Source: Dicyema japonicum (lineage: Eukaryota > Animalia > Dicyemida). From it: a stretch of DNA of 64,000 bases. A program made the position numbers and the translations under genes. Positions within the stretch are counted from its first letter, which is position 1. Each line of letters begins with the position of its first letter. The notes under the pieces were generated by a model. That model was given only the letters and a program-made list of their open reading frames with translations. It was not told the DNA's origin and did not search any database. This document shows positions 61,704 through 64,000 of the stretch, piece by piece. The stretch is taken from contig RDEW01000005.1 of NCBI GenBank assembly GCA_011109175.1, positions 1,360,657 through 1,424,656 on the forward strand. The letters run 5' to 3'.

Positions 61704-63308
61704 CAGTCTAACCTCCATTTGGAATACCAAATGATCCAGAAATAGAGGTTACTCCAAAAATCGTACAAAAATTTGTTATTATTGAGTACATAACTATACT
61801 TCGTTGATTAAAAACCTTAGAATTTAACAGAAAACTAACATTGTTAAAGTAATTTTTTTGTCCATAACCATATTTTAAATTGCGCATGAATATTTTTCTA
61901 AAATCATAAAAATCTTTAAGACAATCCGGCAACATATTTAAAATGTTTTCCTCAACTTTATGTTATCAATGGCTGTTCTTATAGTTACATATTCAGCCTC
62001 AATTCCATTATAAAAATTTTGTTCTGCTCAGGGTCATTTTCTTCTAAAACAGATTCGATAGCTTTTTCAAATTTTTCATTGATGAAATGACCATTAAGAT
62101 CCTCGATCGGTGTAAACACTTTTTCCCAACAATTAATAATAATTTCTGATGAAACCTCCTTTCATGCATCAGAAATCAATAATAGCACTTGAAGTAAGTT
62201 TATCTTCTTTAGGGACTCGATAAAAAATTCTTGATCGTCAGTGAAACATAAAAAATCTATTAAAGATGTAAAATAGTGGCCTTTGAAAGATTTGATAATT
62301 TCACAATCCAGTGGCTGAAGTATAGGGTTGTATTTTTAGGTAGGAAAAATAATTCTATGTTAGAGAATTCCATATTATTATGAGGCCCAGCATTGTCCAA
62401 TAGCAGAATAATTTTCCGATTTTGTGATAAAAAATTGTTCATTAATCCTATGAAGCCAACATCTAAACACATCTTTTGTCATCCATGCAGTTTTGGATGA
62501 AGAATACACAACATTATGGTTTGACGGGAGGAAATTTTTGAAGCACCTTGGATTACGAAACTTTCCAATAATCAAAGAGTCTAATTTTTTTCCTGTTCGT
62601 CGCAATTGAAAATGTTTTGTTTTCCATATTCGTCAACTTTGATATTAAATTGAATTAAAAACTCATCAATCATGGAACTGTCACTTGAAATTTTTTCCAG
62701 ACAATTTTAAACTTAAGTTCATGTCTTAATTTGAATTTTTCTAACCATCCGTTTGAAGCCTTAAAATTTTGAAGTAAGATTACAGACTCAACTTTCATTT
62801 CTAATACAATGGTTTTAAGAATTGCAATAATACCGATTTTTTGGATTAAAGGTACGGAGATGGGAACATTTTATTTTCTTGGTGTTGAAATACATCCAAC
62901 ACCTTTGAATCCAAAGTTTATGCTTTCACTAGTGACTGACTCTGAAGTCTCTGCATTTGAATAATTTTGTCCGTTTTTTATGAATGGAACAATGTTTCTC
63001 TTGATTCTAGAGATTGTTCCGATATTTGTGTCGAACATTCTCGCGAGTTTTCGAATTGAATGCTCTTTTTTTGAAAGAAGTTTAGCAATTTCAACTTTTT
63101 TATCGTAGTTTTAGCCCATAAAATATGTAGATAACTTTAAGACAAGCAAAAAATGAACAAAAAACGTGATTTAACGATTAATTGTAGTAAAATATAGAAA
63201 CTGTAAAATTTAATTTTAAATTAAAATAATTATGTTTCAAATCTCGAGGGTGTATCAAAAACAGAGGTGTTCCACCCTCGAGGTCCGTTCCAAAAATAGG
63301 TTAGACTG
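61704..63308 (-). mobile_element. pogo/Tigger DNA transposon, decayed
   Basis: TIRs CAGTCTAACCT(n)TTTGGAA with TA TSDs at both ends. FKASNGWLEKFK.RH (CENP-B HTH), NCDE remnant, TAWMT, LLDNAGPH, LQPLDC. Confidence 0.9.
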
Positions 63309-63319
63309 TATAGTGAAGT

Positions 63320-63920
63320 CCTTCTAATTGGCTAATTCTCAAGAGACCTAGAGAAATACAAAGTGGATATCGGATTCCTTCAGGAAACTAAACTGACTAA
63401 TTGATTTGAACCATGGAGAGTATCACCTAATTTGCCTGTTTAGTGAAGTCAACCACTATGACATAGTGTTTGCTATAAGGAGTTATTTGGCTTCCCTTAT
63501 ATTCTGGTACTTGAGCATAACTACACGATTGGTGTTCCACAAGCTAAAATGAATTATTAACTAATAATTATAAACATGTAAACACCCCACAGTCGATGGA
63601 TTGACAAGAATCCAGTAAAAATTGACGATTTCTTTACTGAACTCAGCAGTATATTATGAACATGAACGTTGTAATCTAGTCAGCTTAAAGAACCAACATT
63701 TTCTTGCTTAGGATCGAGGAGAAAGTTAAAGGATATCTATCAGCACACCATAGTGATTTCCGAAAGAGAAGATCTGTATGGAATCATATATGGAGATGTG
63801 AAAATGTACAAACGGCGGCAACAATCCAAGGAATTTATATGAACCCACAATTCTTTCAGTATCCCAGACTCAATGAAGTGATTGAAAGATTTCTAGACAC
63901 ATCCACTACCAACTGATAAG
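63320..63920 (+). mobile_element. Degenerate RTE fragments
   Basis: KYKVDIGFLQETK and QSxFRKRRS remnants. Confidence 0.55.
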
Positions 63921-64000
63921 AATTCTCCGATCAGTCATAGTTGGGAGAGTAAGTTCAAAACCATTCAAAACGACAGCGAAGAGCCCGTGTCGTTCTGAGG

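Overview
AT-rich eukaryotic (animal) genomic DNA from a draft scaffold with two N-gaps (16141-16687, 42247-43215) and several single-N joins. It is not prokaryotic, and I found no CRISPR array, rRNA or tRNA. The supplied ORF track hides most host genes because they are split by ultra-short GT-AG introns: 31 modelled by hand, 29 of them 21-28 nt. This architecture is characteristic of dicyemid mesozoans; the taxon is my inference, and a myxozoan or another reduced parasite is not excluded. Reconstructed host genes, all on the minus strand: a small multi-pass membrane protein, cathepsin L plus a decayed duplicate, acylphosphatase, DDX28-like helicase, full-length ESRP/Fusilli, ABHD11, a Thr-rich unknown protein, an HP1-like chromo/chromoshadow gene with lesions, and an RRM gene carrying a frameshift-prone 90-bp (2x45) coding repeat array. 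Most remaining sequence is nested transposon debris: RTE LINEs with a shared 5' terminal motif, Vingi/Ingi-like LINEs (one with a 2A-like peptide), CRE-like and R4/Dong-like RLE retroelements, a BovB-like RTE, Penelope-like hammerhead remnants, a Buster-type hAT and a pogo/Tigger element. Family assignments come from motif recognition and memory, not database searches.
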